From a virus (taxonomy: Duplodnaviria; Caudoviricetes): a stretch of 27,640 bases of DNA. Below are positions 9,381-17,374 of the stretch, piece by piece. Under the pieces are notes generated by a model that saw only the letters and a list, made by a program, of their open reading frames with translations, did no database searches and was not told where the DNA came from. Position numbers and translations under genes: made by a program. Where the stretch lies: IMG/VR virus record IMGVR_UViG_3300020045_003202, positions 1 through 27,640 of that record. One strand, 5' to 3'. How positions within the stretch are numbered: the first letter of the stretch is position 1; every line of letters starts with the position of its first letter.

Positions 9381-9805
9381 TGCGCCTAGCCTCATTCAAG
9401 GCAAACCGCCCCGGCATCTCTGGGGTGTTTTCCATCGCGGTTCGATGGTGGCTTGGTGGCGACTACTCGCACAGTGAGCTGGTGTTTTCTGACGGCTACT
9501 GCGGTTCGTCGAGGTCGCCCGAGGGTGGCGTTTGTCTGCGTCCGTTGACGCTTAATCCTTATGAGTGGGACATCATCGACGTTCCTGGCGATGAAGCTGC
9601 GGCGCGTCTTTGGTTTGAGACGCACAAGGGGCAGGGCTTCGACTTCCTTTGGCTGCTCTACAACGTGTGGCGGCGCGGCCCCGGCAGGCGCAATCGTTGG
9701 GGCTGTAGCGAGGCTGTTGCAGAGGCGCTAGGCATCCATGAGTCATTCAGGCAAGATCCTGCGATACTCCCGGTGACAGTTTCGCAGCGTTCGATTCCGA
9801 CCTGA
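9380..9805 (+). CDS. Permuted papain-like (YaeF/YiiX-type) amidase/peptidase
   Basis: YSHSELVF (His) precedes W.CSE.VA (Cys), the permuted NlpC/P60 order. G..FD motif. Confidence 0.7.
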   Translation: MRLASFKANRPGISGVFSIAVRWWLGGDYSHSELVFSDGYCGSSRSPEGGVCLRPLTLNPYEWDIIDVPGDEAAARLWFETHKGQGFDFLWLLYNVWRRGPGRRNRWGCSEAVAEALGIHESFRQDPAILPVTVSQRSIPT

Positions 9806-9829
9806 TCAACCTCAAAACCAACAAACACC

Positions 9830-10180
9830 ATGAGACCTCAATCGTTTGCCGTCCGACTGCGAGACAACGTGATTCCTCCGCTGATCGTTGCAACAATCAT
9901 CGGTGGCGCTGCTGGTGGGTGGGCGGCTTACCAGAAGCTGGATGAGGTGGCTGAAAAGCTTCCGCAGATCAATGCCGACCTTGCTGCGCTCAAGACTGAA
10001 CAGACTCGCATCAATAGCGAAATGACGGTGCTGAAGTCGCAAATGGTCGGGTGGGACGTTCTAAAGCGCGTTGAATTGGCTTTGGCTGGACTGGCCCAAG
10101 CCGGGAAAGGCGACAAGGCAATGACCGCCGTGTCTGGTGCTTTGCGGGCTGAGATTGACGCCAGAAAGGAAAAGCCGTGA
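9830..10180 (+). CDS. Membrane-anchored coiled-coil protein (lysis-associated?)
   Basis: One N-terminal hydrophobic segment followed by a heptad-like helix. Directly precedes the holin. Confidence 0.55.
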   Translation: MRPQSFAVRLRDNVIPPLIVATIIGGAAGGWAAYQKLDEVAEKLPQINADLAALKTEQTRINSEMTVLKSQMVGWDVLKRVELALAGLAQAGKGDKAMTAVSGALRAEIDARKEKP

Positions 10181-10392
10181 AACTGATCCCCGAATGGCGC
10201 AAGGCGTGGCGCATGTTCTCGGTGCAGGCTCAGGCCATCGGTGTTGCACTGTGCGCCGGGTATGTGCAGATGTATGATCAGCTCAAGGAAACGATTCCAC
10301 CCGCGTGGATGGCCGGGCTCACTGCCTGCATCTTTGCAATCGGGATCGTTGGGCGCGTTGTCAAGCAAGACTCTGTGAGGGGTAAGAGATGA
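10177..10392 (+). CDS. Holin
   Basis: 71 aa, MKLIPEWRKAWRM.SVQ N-terminus, two hydrophobic segments, basic C-tail, upstream of the endolysin. Confidence 0.75.
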   Translation: MKLIPEWRKAWRMFSVQAQAIGVALCAGYVQMYDQLKETIPPAWMAGLTACIFAIGIVGRVVKQDSVRGKR

Positions 10393-10859
10393 CCAAGAAT
10401 TTCACGCTCGCGGAGTTCAGCCATTCGGTTACCGCGCTTGAGCGTGGAATTGACAACGCCATCCCGGACGATCTGGAGGCTGAGGCCATCAAGACGCTCA
10501 CGATGCTGCAACGCATACGTGACCACCTATCGAGCGTTGCCGGTCGAGACACACCCATCACGCTCAGTTCAGGCTACCGATGCGCGGACTTGAACAAGGC
10601 GGTAGGCGGGTCCGGTAGCAGTGACCACCTCTATGCACGTGCAGCCGACATCACAGCCCCCACGTTCGGGCATCCTCTCAGAATCGCTCAGACGCTCGCG
10701 CCGGTTGTTTCGGTGCTTGGCATCGGGCAACTGATCTACGAGCGCCCCAAGGGCTCTGACCGCGCATGGATCCACGTATCGACGCGCATCCCTGAAAAGC
10801 CCGCCAATCGCATCATCACGATCACCCCGCAAGGTGCTCGCTTCGGGATCGTGCCATGA
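10389..10859 (+). CDS. Endolysin, peptidase M15 family zinc peptidase
   Basis: NFTL.EF, SSGYRC..LN.AVGG..SS.H....AAD, QLI.E and WIHVS motifs. Confidence 0.9.
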   Translation: MTKNFTLAEFSHSVTALERGIDNAIPDDLEAEAIKTLTMLQRIRDHLSSVAGRDTPITLSSGYRCADLNKAVGGSGSSDHLYARAADITAPTFGHPLRIAQTLAPVVSVLGIGQLIYERPKGSDRAWIHVSTRIPEKPANRIITITPQGARFGIVP

Positions 10860-11206
10860 GCATCTACGCACAAATAGCCGCCGTCCTGATCGCGCTGATC
10901 GTCGCCGCTGGTGGTGGCGTCCGTGTCGGGCTCAAGCTCAAGCAGGGCGAGTGGGACGCGGCCAATATAACCGACTCAAAAGCCCGTGAGGAATCCATGC
11001 AGGCCGCTGCAAAGGCAATTGCGGCCATGATCCCAGCACAAGCCAAGGCCACCGAAAGGGTCACGCATGAAGTCAAGACAAACACGGTCTATCGTGATTG
11101 CGTTGTTCCCGCTGCTGGTCTGCGGCTGCTCAACGACTCGATCACAGGCGCCACAACTGAGCCCGCTGGTGGTGACGGAGTGCAAGCCCCCACTGAGAAC
11201 CATTGA
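10856..11206 (+). CDS. i-spanin (Rz-like)
   Basis: N-terminal TM, Ala-rich helix, VYRDC.VP..GLRLLN motif, downstream of the endolysin. Confidence 0.8.
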   Translation: MSIYAQIAAVLIALIVAAGGGVRVGLKLKQGEWDAANITDSKAREESMQAAAKAIAAMIPAQAKATERVTHEVKTNTVYRDCVVPAAGLRLLNDSITGATTEPAGGDGVQAPTENH

Positions 11207-11294
11207 AGGATCGACAATGGGGGATCTGTTGCAGTGGTCTGTGTACGCTGCAAGCCGATTCAATCGGTGCCAAGCGGCGGCACTAGCCCGCTGA
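11067..11294 (+). CDS. o-spanin lipoprotein (Rz1-like), overlapping Rz in another frame
   Basis: Basic N-terminus, hydrophobic stretch, lipobox-like VCGC, Pro-rich segment and two further Cys. Confidence 0.75.
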   Translation: MKSRQTRSIVIALFPLLVCGCSTTRSQAPQLSPLVVTECKPPLRTIEGSTMGDLLQWSVYAASRFNRCQAAALAR

Positions 11295-11879
11295 TCCTCC
11301 CTTTTTCTGGGAGGCGGCGATTGCTGCTTGCATGTTTTCTCGCACCTTCCTGTCGTAACTGGAAGAACCGATGCCAGACAAATAATCGCCAACCGATCGT
11401 TCGGCATCGATTAGCAGTGAAACCGGCACAAGCGCGAACCCATCAGGCACCACCGGGGCGGGATGGGCCTTGTTGCCATCACGAGCTTCAGCGAGTCGGT
11501 CGCTTGCCGTGTGCCACCATCCCGACGCTTCCGGCCCTCCGGCGGCGATACCGGCCTCAACATCGGGGGCAAGGCAGCGCAGTGCTGTCTGCATCGCTGG
11601 CACGTAGTCGGAGTTGTCGGCAAAGTAAAGCGCGCTGGCGATCTCATATGCCGCAGTTGCAATCTCAACTTTGCCAGGCTCCCGTACCTCCCCCGCCTTG
11701 TCTTGCAGGGCTTCGCGTAGGTGCAGCTTGCACAGCGGGTGATGTTCACCGAACTCAGGCAGGCCACACAGAGGGCCGCTGCACTTGTCATGGCTGACCT
11801 TCTGGCAACCGAAGTTGCAGCACTTTTCAGGGGACTTGCACGCATCAGGACAGGAGCGCGCTGCTTTGGTGATGGTCAT
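11283..11879 (-). CDS. Hypothetical protein with Cys-rich N-terminus
   Basis: Last gene of the left arm. ATGA coupling. VPDG..LVP motif common in phage accessory genes. Confidence 0.6.
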   Translation of the reverse strand: MTITKAARSCPDACKSPEKCCNFGCQKVSHDKCSGPLCGLPEFGEHHPLCKLHLREALQDKAGEVREPGKVEIATAAYEIASALYFADNSDYVPAMQTALRCLAPDVEAGIAAGGPEASGWWHTASDRLAEARDGNKAHPAPVVPDGFALVPVSLLIDAERSVGDYLSGIGSSSYDRKVRENMQAAIAASQKKGGSAG

Positions 11880-12181
11880 GGGTGGCCTTTCGTTTGCGGT
11901 GCTGGTGGGGTGGTGTAGAGGATGCGCGTTTCGTAAGGCCCGCCACCGTCTTCGTGGTCCGGGTGCCCGTCATACCAGTCTGCGCAAAGTTGCCTGCGGA
12001 ACTGGTACATCGGCTCCTGCGACTGTTGGGCGAGGGCGGCAAGTGCGGCGGATTCGATGGCGCGGGTGTAGGCTGCAAGCTCTGGAGATTCGCAGCGGTA
12101 AAAGTCGCCCATCCACGAAATGTGATCCTCGCGGATGGCTTCGATCTGCTCATCACTGAGCACTTGTTGGTTTGGGGTCAT
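11876..12181 (-). CDS. Hypothetical protein (MTPNQQ...)
   Basis: LSDEQI...RAIE.A and LYT.PP motifs. ATGA overlaps at both ends. Confidence 0.65.
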   Translation of the reverse strand: MTPNQQVLSDEQIEAIREDHISWMGDFYRCESPELAAYTRAIESAALAALAQQSQEPMYQFRRQLCADWYDGHPDHEDGGGPYETRILYTTPPAPQTKGHP

Positions 12182-12405
12182 GGGTGAGGCTCCTGATGTG
12201 TCTGGTGGGTGGCGGGCCGCTGAACGTCGGCAGGGTGGAAGCATCCCTTCCACGTGCGACCCTTCACCACTAGTCGGGCACCTCGCGCACTGGTAAGTTT
12301 TCCGATGCAACCATCGACCAGCGAACCAGCTCCCGGCTTGATCTGCACTTGATCGCCGATTTTGAAATCGACCCCGTAGAACTTGCGGACGTAATCAATG
12401 CTCAT
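12178..12405 (-). CDS. Hypothetical protein (MSIDYVRKFYGV...FHP)
   Basis: GGAGG RBS upstream. Recurrent small phage protein pattern. Confidence 0.65.
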   Translation of the reverse strand: MSIDYVRKFYGVDFKIGDQVQIKPGAGSLVDGCIGKLTSARGARLVVKGRTWKGCFHPADVQRPATHQTHQEPHP

Positions 12406-12406
12406 C

Positions 12407-12727
12407 TCACCCACCTCCCGCCATCTGAGCCAGGGCGGCGCGGACAGGCTCACGATATGGGCCTTTCTCCGAAAATCCTTCACGCGCAAAATCGTCGTCA
12501 ATCTCTCGCAGCGCCTTCTCTGCCCTCTCCAGATCAGCCAGGAGGGCACGGATGGTGGCGTCTTGCGCTTGTGCAAGCTCTGCGGCTGCGTGGCGGGCGT
12601 CTCGGTGGCCGACCTTGTAGGCGAGACGCTGATTCGGCTCTGAGTCCATGTTTTCAGGCTTGCACGGCAGATTCATGATCTGGTCATGCAGGCTTGGCGC
12701 ATCAATCAGTGCTTGGTACTTGCTCAT
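12407..12727 (-). CDS. Hypothetical protein
   Basis: AYK.GHRDARHAAAE motif. ATGA coupling to the upstream gene. Confidence 0.6.
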   Translation of the reverse strand: MSKYQALIDAPSLHDQIMNLPCKPENMDSEPNQRLAYKVGHRDARHAAAELAQAQDATIRALLADLERAEKALREIDDDFAREGFSEKGPYREPVRAALAQMAGGG

Positions 12728-13020
12728 GACGCCACCCACATCATCAGCCCCAGCACGATCAGCGATGCCGCACCAATCAGCAGGCCGCGCACGTTGTAAG
12801 CCGGGATGTCGTCGATTTCAGCATCAGGCCCGATGATCGCGTCAATCTCGCGCTGACGCTCAATCAACCGCTCGCGCATGGCGTCGATGGATTCGTCAGG
12901 CTCAATGCGGATCGGTGGTCGCGTCAGTCGATGACCGTTTTCGCTCATCGTTGGCGATGGCAGAGGGTGGCGGTTTGCGTCGAGGTGAGCAGCGAGGGCT
13001 TCGGTGTAGGTGTCTCTCAT
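12724..13020 (-). CDS. Hypothetical protein with C-terminal TM helix
   Basis: GGAG RBS, ATGA couplings, hydrophobic C-terminus. Confidence 0.55.
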   Translation of the reverse strand: MRDTYTEALAAHLDANRHPLPSPTMSENGHRLTRPPIRIEPDESIDAMRERLIERQREIDAIIGPDAEIDDIPAYNVRGLLIGAASLIVLGLMMWVAS

Positions 13021-13247
13021 GGCTGCACTCCTGCAACAACGTGGATGATGGCAAAGGCCCCGCAGGCGAGCACAATCGCCCACCACTGCCACGGGTAGCC
13101 TGTAGGCTTGCGAGACAGCAGCGCGGCCTGCACGTCCGCCTCGGTGGACGATGCAAGCGGGGAGTTGACCTCCTCAAACGTCCCGGCCTCGGTGTCTATG
13201 CGAGTGCGGTGGCCTGGTGCCCATCGCGATGAAATAGCGGTTTTCAT
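13017..13247 (-). CDS. Hypothetical protein with C-terminal TM helix
   Basis: Tightly packed ORF with a WWAIVLACGAFAIIHVVAG segment. Confidence 0.55.
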   Translation of the reverse strand: MKTAISSRWAPGHRTRIDTEAGTFEEVNSPLASSTEADVQAALLSRKPTGYPWQWWAIVLACGAFAIIHVVAGVQP

Positions 13248-13250
13248 GGA

Positions 13251-13559
13251 TCAACCAATCGTCAGAGATTGGAGCTTGCTGATCTGCAGCAGGATCGCGT
13301 TTTCCTTGACCTGGGCTTCAGCGCGGACGGCTTGCAGTTGAGCGTCAAGCGACTTGAGCTGACCGTGCAAAACCTCGTCTTCGCTGAAGAAGGTCAAGGT
13401 GACGGATGCCTTTCCGATTGGCGCGTATCCTTCTTTCTCAAAATAGCTGCCACTGCCTGGAGTTTCGCCAAGAAACGGTATTGCGACACCGTTTTTGATA
13501 GATTCAAGGCTGGTGAACCTCATGTCAATCCATGCCGTCTTCTCATATGTGATCTGCAC
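13251..13559 (-). CDS. Hypothetical protein with C-terminal coiled coil
   Basis: GGAG RBS and GTG start. First gene after the conserved promoter at 13581-13636. Confidence 0.65.
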   Translation of the reverse strand: MQITYEKTAWIDMRFTSLESIKNGVAIPFLGETPGSGSYFEKEGYAPIGKASVTLTFFSEDEVLHGQLKSLDAQLQAVRAEAQVKENAILLQISKLQSLTIG

Positions 13560-13580
13560 TTTGTTTCTCCGTTGCGTTGT

Positions 13581-13636
13581 CGATGGATGTACTTTGCCCG
13601 ACTGCCTGCGCGGCGTCTAATTGGATTTTTCTATCG
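13581..13636 (-). promoter_or_regulatory. Conserved boxed promoter, copy 1
   Basis: Minus strand: CGATAG aaaaatc CAAT TAGACG-17 bp-CAAAGT acatc CATCG. Confidence 0.75.
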
Positions 13637-13650
13637 CGCAGGCGTTTGCG

Positions 13651-14391
13651 TTAGGCGTGTTCCTGCGTGATTTGCTCAATCACCAGCTCGTAATAGGCTT
13701 GAGCCGCCTTGCACTTCGTTTTGATCAGGGCCTCTTTTTCGAGGTCGCGCACGAATGACAGCCGTGTGATCCGCAGCATTGGGTCAATTTCCTCGACAAG
13801 GTGCAGGCTTTCGGGCTCATAGCCGATCAGCTCCTCTGGCGTTGACACCATGCAGTAAGCCAGTTCGGCGCCATCCACTTCGTCAGGCCAAAGCATCATG
13901 TATGCCCGGAGCTGCCACTCATACAGCGAGCTTTCTCCTTGCGATCTGATGGCCGGGAACGTGGCGAGCGACCAAGAGCTTTTGATGTCCTTGATCTTGC
14001 GAGACCGAAGGCAAACAATGTCCGGCTCGCCCGTGATCCATTCGTTTGTCCGGCGCTCGGTGTTCTTTCTGTGGTCGGTGAAGAACACGGAGTTGTAGAG
14101 TTCGATGGACTGGCCCTCGACAATCGTTCCCTTGTCCGTCTCGCGTGAGGAAAAATGTGGGCGATAGCCGTAGACGAACTGCTTTGCCTCGTTCTCGACA
14201 AACGTCTTGGCCCCGGCTGAAAGCGTCCGGTCAATCAGTGGGCGAAGCGCCGCCTCTTTTGCGGCTTTTGCCTCGTCGTCTTTCGGTCGGCTTGCGTGGA
14301 GCTTTTTGTACTCACCGACAAGCAATGCCGGGTCGATGCTCTTCGGCTCGCTCATGACTGCGCCAAGTGCCGATGCTCGGATCTTAAGCAT
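13651..14391 (-). CDS. PD-(D/E)XK exonuclease (lambda Exo/YqaJ-like)
   Basis: IRAS.LG, KG...E, ITGEPD, DIKSSW and Y.WQL..YM motifs. Confidence 0.85.
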   Translation of the reverse strand: MLKIRASALGAVMSEPKSIDPALLVGEYKKLHASRPKDDEAKAAKEAALRPLIDRTLSAGAKTFVENEAKQFVYGYRPHFSSRETDKGTIVEGQSIELYNSVFFTDHRKNTERRTNEWITGEPDIVCLRSRKIKDIKSSWSLATFPAIRSQGESSLYEWQLRAYMMLWPDEVDGAELAYCMVSTPEELIGYEPESLHLVEEIDPMLRITRLSFVRDLEKEALIKTKCKAAQAYYELVIEQITQEHA

Positions 14392-14908
14392 TCTCTGCCC
14401 CTTGTTCTTGTGGTTCTTCTTCTTGCTTCGGAGCGAGCGCCGCCTTCACTTTGTCGTCTTGCTCCAGCGTCAGGAAGAACTGGCTGTTGAGCTTTTCGAC
14501 CGTGTAGTTGCCTGCCTTGATGGACTCAATGGCGGCATCAAGGCGTGCGTCTGCGATGTTGGGCTTTTGCTTTTCGGTCACGCTGGGGCGGATGCGCAGG
14601 CACTCGACCGTTTCACCGGCCAGTTTTGCCGTGCTGGCAAACAGGGTGATGCGCTTCCCGGCCCAATCCTCGATGTATGGGCCATACAGGCGCGCAATGG
14701 ACTTGCTGTTTGTGGAGTTCAGGATCAGAGGCTTCTGGCCCTTCAGGCGCACAACCGTGTGGTCTTCCTTCTTGCCGCCAGTCACGACAACCTTTTCACG
14801 ACCGACTGAGACAATCTCAACGGTCATGTCCATTCCAGGTGGCAGCGCATAGGCCCCGATGTAGTCAGGGTTGATTAGCCGCTTCCAGTGCGTCTTGTCG
14901 TCGCTCAT
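14384..14908 (-). CDS. Putative ssDNA-binding/annealing partner of the exonuclease
   Basis: THWK.L.NPDY.GAY.L, KP.ILN.TN and IEDW.GK.I.L motifs, acidic tail, adjacent to the exonuclease. Function inferred from synteny. Confidence 0.5.
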   Translation of the reverse strand: MSDDKTHWKRLINPDYIGAYALPPGMDMTVEIVSVGREKVVVTGGKKEDHTVVRLKGQKPLILNSTNSKSIARLYGPYIEDWAGKRITLFASTAKLAGETVECLRIRPSVTEKQKPNIADARLDAAIESIKAGNYTVEKLNSQFFLTLEQDDKVKAALAPKQEEEPQEQGAENA

Positions 14909-15279
14909 TTGTACCCCCGTGCAGCGTCGATGTCTTCCGCGTTGTCCGCGACGTACTGTTTGACCACCTCGGCCCGCAGCTTTGCCACCAGTGGGCAGGC
15001 GGAGTCCTTCAGCGCCATCATCAGCGCGTGCGCTGGCTCAAGGCTTTGCAGCGCCTCAAGAACGGCATCTGCGGATGTCTGCGTGGTTTCGACCTTAGCG
15101 GTTTCCACGAGACGCGGATCGTAGAAGTTGCGATAGCTCGGCACACCAGCAGCGAACCCCGCGAGTCCCTGCGTCATGGCGTGGTGCAGCTCCTCTGCAA
15201 TCGCAGCGATGCGGGCGTCATTGCCCTCGATGGTGGCGCGTGCTGCGTCTTCGGCGGCGGTGATGGGGCAGTGTGTCAT
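14905..15279 (-). CDS. Hypothetical protein
   Basis: AAGGA RBS and ATGA coupling to the next gene. Confidence 0.6.
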   Translation of the reverse strand: MTHCPITAAEDAARATIEGNDARIAAIAEELHHAMTQGLAGFAAGVPSYRNFYDPRLVETAKVETTQTSADAVLEALQSLEPAHALMMALKDSACPLVAKLRAEVVKQYVADNAEDIDAARGYK

Positions 15280-15291
15280 CTCGGTCCTTTG

Positions 15292-15310
15292 GCCCGGCGC
15301 GGTGCCGGGC
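15292..15310. other. Intergenic GC hairpin (GCCCGGC-N5-GCCGGGC)
   Basis: Perfect 7-bp inverted repeat just upstream of the RBS of 14905..15279. Confidence 0.45.
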
Positions 15311-15331
15311 GGGTTGTTTTCGATGGCTGGA

Positions 15332-15547
15332 TTAGGCGAGCAACTTGGCGATCTTTGCGGCGGCGATGCGCCTTCCGTTCAGGTGCCAGTGCGTCTCAGT
15401 GTGCTTTGCGCCGCCTTTACCGGTCATGTCGTGAGCGACAACGCAGCAAACAGCGCCTGCATTTGTTTCAACAGTGGCGCGCTGCGTGCTGAACCCATCA
15501 ACTGGAGCTTGAAGGGCTGCGCTCTTGATGTTTGCCAGTGTTGTCAT
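15332..15547 (-). CDS. Hypothetical protein
   Basis: GGAG RBS. First gene after promoter copy 2. Confidence 0.65.
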   Translation of the reverse strand: MTTLANIKSAALQAPVDGFSTQRATVETNAGAVCCVVAHDMTGKGGAKHTETHWHLNGRRIAAAKIAKLLA

Positions 15548-15734
15548 GTCGTTCTCCGGTTGCTGATTCGATGTGTCTATTCTGTCGCCCTGGTGCGCTT
15601 TTGGCTAATTGGTTTTGGCTATCGGTTGGCGCTTGTCTATTTGATGCTTCAAGTCCTCGCATGAGCCAACAAAACACAGCAGGCGCACCGACAAACAAAC
15701 CCAAAATAACGGCGAGTTCCCAGATGCGATCCAT
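15498..15734 (-). CDS. Possible small membrane protein (MDRIWELAVILGLFVGAP...)
   Basis: AAGGAG RBS and an N-terminal TM, but the 3' half runs through promoter copy 2. Confidence 0.35.
   Translation of the reverse strand: MDRIWELAVILGLFVGAPAVFCWLMRGLEASNRQAPTDSQNQLAKSAPGRQNRHIESATGERHDNTGKHQERSPSSSS
15569..15624 (-). promoter_or_regulatory. Conserved boxed promoter, copy 2
   Basis: Minus strand: CGATAG ccaaaac CAAT TAGCCA-17 bp-CAGAAT agaca CATCG. Confidence 0.75.
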
Positions 15735-15736
15735 GT

Positions 15737-15985
15737 TCACTCCTTGCTGTAGCGGGCGCGGATGGCTTGGCTGTACTTTTGGCGAGTCCGCAAATCGCTT
15801 TGTTGCCTCATGCACACCTTCGCGCAGTCCTCCGCCACAAGGCGGGCGACAGCCAAAGCGACAGCCTCCCACTCCTTGCGCTGGCTCGGTGCCATGTGAT
15901 CCCACTGGCGAACCCACCCGCCAGCCTTTGCGCCTGCGTCGTGAGCCTCTCGCGCCATCTGCGCTATGCGGTCTGTGTCGGTCAT
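15737..15985 (-). CDS. Hypothetical protein
   Basis: I..MAREA...A.LVAE.CAK.C...AIRARY pattern. ATGA coupling. Confidence 0.6.
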   Translation of the reverse strand: MTDTDRIAQMAREAHDAGAKAGGWVRQWDHMAPSQRKEWEAVALAVARLVAEDCAKVCMRQQSDLRTRQKYSQAIRARYSKE

Positions 15986-16335
15986 GTGGGGGCCTTTGGT
16001 TGCTTGTTGGCAAGGGCTTCAACATCGGCCCGCATCTGCTTTAGCAGTTCGCTTGCACGACGGTCATAGTCGTCGCCTGCCTGTCTGGCAAAATCGCTAA
16101 CGACTTGCGCCGATTCCATGTCAGAAAAAACCATCCTGACGGTCTTTGCCATCATGATTCGCTCATCACGCACCTCAAGTTCTCCGCTTGAGGTCGTTCG
16201 ATATGAGGTCAGATAAAGGCGTTTACCTGAGATGCGAGTCACCTGCCACGGGGCACCAACGACGCGGGCGTAAAGCAGGCTCTCGCCAAGCACCCAGTCA
16301 CCGACCTCAATCTTTTCTATCGACTTCCTGCTCAT
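15982..16335 (-). CDS. Hypothetical protein (SH3-like N-terminus possible)
   Basis: IEVGDWV...VTRISGKR beta-rich pattern. AGGA RBS. Confidence 0.6.
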   Translation of the reverse strand: MSRKSIEKIEVGDWVLGESLLYARVVGAPWQVTRISGKRLYLTSYRTTSSGELEVRDERIMMAKTVRMVFSDMESAQVVSDFARQAGDDYDRRASELLKQMRADVEALANKQPKAPT

Positions 16336-16433
16336 GGCTCTTTCCTTTGGTCAATACAATCCATAGGGGTGATAAGCATCACTCCCCGCCCATCTGCAAT
16401 TCAAGATCCAGACCAGCGCACCCATGAGGCAAA

Positions 16434-17138
16434 TCAATACTTGATCGAAACCACGTTTGATTTAGCCATGTTGCACGGCCCGCAAAGTGTTTGCATATTG
16501 GCCGGATCAAGCGAAAGCTCAGGCCACAGAGACCGAGGCTTTACGTGATCGACGTGCAACGGGCCTTGCTCTGGACCAGCGCCACAAAGGCAGCACTTTG
16601 GCATTGCCGAAAGCACAGCAAGACGAAGCTCTTTCCACTCCCTCGTCCTGTAGAACGATTTGTCGTTGAACTTCGTCAGCTCAGCCTTCATGACAAAGTC
16701 GTTTTGAAGCTCCGAAACAATCGAAGACGGAGCGAGTCGGCTTACCCCATGCTTCATGGCTGACCGCGACAGGTGCATGAACTTGAGCATCCCATCAGCC
16801 TTTTTCACGGCCAATGCGTCAATCGCCCTGCTTTGACTTGTTTCTGGCCTAGCTTGAAGGCTGCACACCAGTTGCAAGACCTTTTCGTGGGTAAGTGGCG
16901 CTTCCTTCAGGATGTCGCGTATTGCCAATTCCGCAAGCTCTGGAGATTTCACGTAAGGCTTTAGCCCGTAGTGCATCCTTACTTCGTTCGGGGACAACCT
17001 GAGAAAGTGCCTTGATAAGGCCCTCAGTGCGTCCTGAACATCGGAGTAGTGCCCGAATGCTGGCTTGCTTTTGACGGATGTATTGACGGCTTTTTGCAGT
17101 TCGGCGAGCAATGCCGATAGCGTTGACTGTTCAGTCAT
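16434..17138 (-). CDS. HNH endonuclease (C-terminal HNH domain)
   Basis: FY...EW..LR, C.LCG, LHVDHVKP, N.QTLC..CN..K motifs. GGGGGA RBS before the ATG at 17138. Confidence 0.85.
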   Translation of the reverse strand: MTEQSTLSALLAELQKAVNTSVKSKPAFGHYSDVQDALRALSRHFLRLSPNEVRMHYGLKPYVKSPELAELAIRDILKEAPLTHEKVLQLVCSLQARPETSQSRAIDALAVKKADGMLKFMHLSRSAMKHGVSRLAPSSIVSELQNDFVMKAELTKFNDKSFYRTREWKELRLAVLSAMPKCCLCGAGPEQGPLHVDHVKPRSLWPELSLDPANMQTLCGPCNMAKSNVVSIKY

Positions 17139-17144
17139 GATTCC

Positions 17145-17227
17145 CCCCTTCAAGGGCTTCACTGTGGTGTCAAGGCCAAGGCGGTGAAGAAGCGCCGGTT
17201 CGCATGCCTGCTAGGCCTGACACCACA
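17145..17227 (-). ncRNA. Structured leader RNA, C4-antisense-like
   Basis: 14-bp stem with one bulge (17214-17227 with 17163-17177). Internal CUUCAC is complementary to GUGAAG and UUGAAG next to the RBS. Confidence 0.5.
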
Positions 17228-17256
17228 ATTTTGCATCACGATCATTGGCCGGTCAA
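17228..17256 (-). promoter_or_regulatory. Sigma70-like promoter for the HNH cassette
   Basis: Minus strand TTGACC-17 bp-CAAAAT. Confidence 0.6.
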
Positions 17257-17374
17257 GGCATTTGGTCAGAGGCCCCGGCGCGAACGGGGCTATGGTGGGC
17301 ATGTGTACAGAAAAGCGCCATCCCTACGACAGAATGGCTTCCCACTTCACCGGGCTTCCGGCCTCTGGTGAAAA

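Noticed and set aside
11296-11314. CCTCCC-N7-GGGAGG hairpin as the terminator between convergent operons
   Set aside because: Short stem inside a CDS with no following U-tract on either strand.
16306-16322. Other CTATCG/CGATAG words (also near 10527, 17114, 21107) as more boxed promoters
   Set aside because: They lack the N7-CAAT partner and downstream promoter spacing, and lie inside CDSs.
17260-17374. tRNA gene in the hairpin-rich intergenic region
   Set aside because: No T-loop GTTCRA within a cloverleaf and no acceptor stem found by eye.
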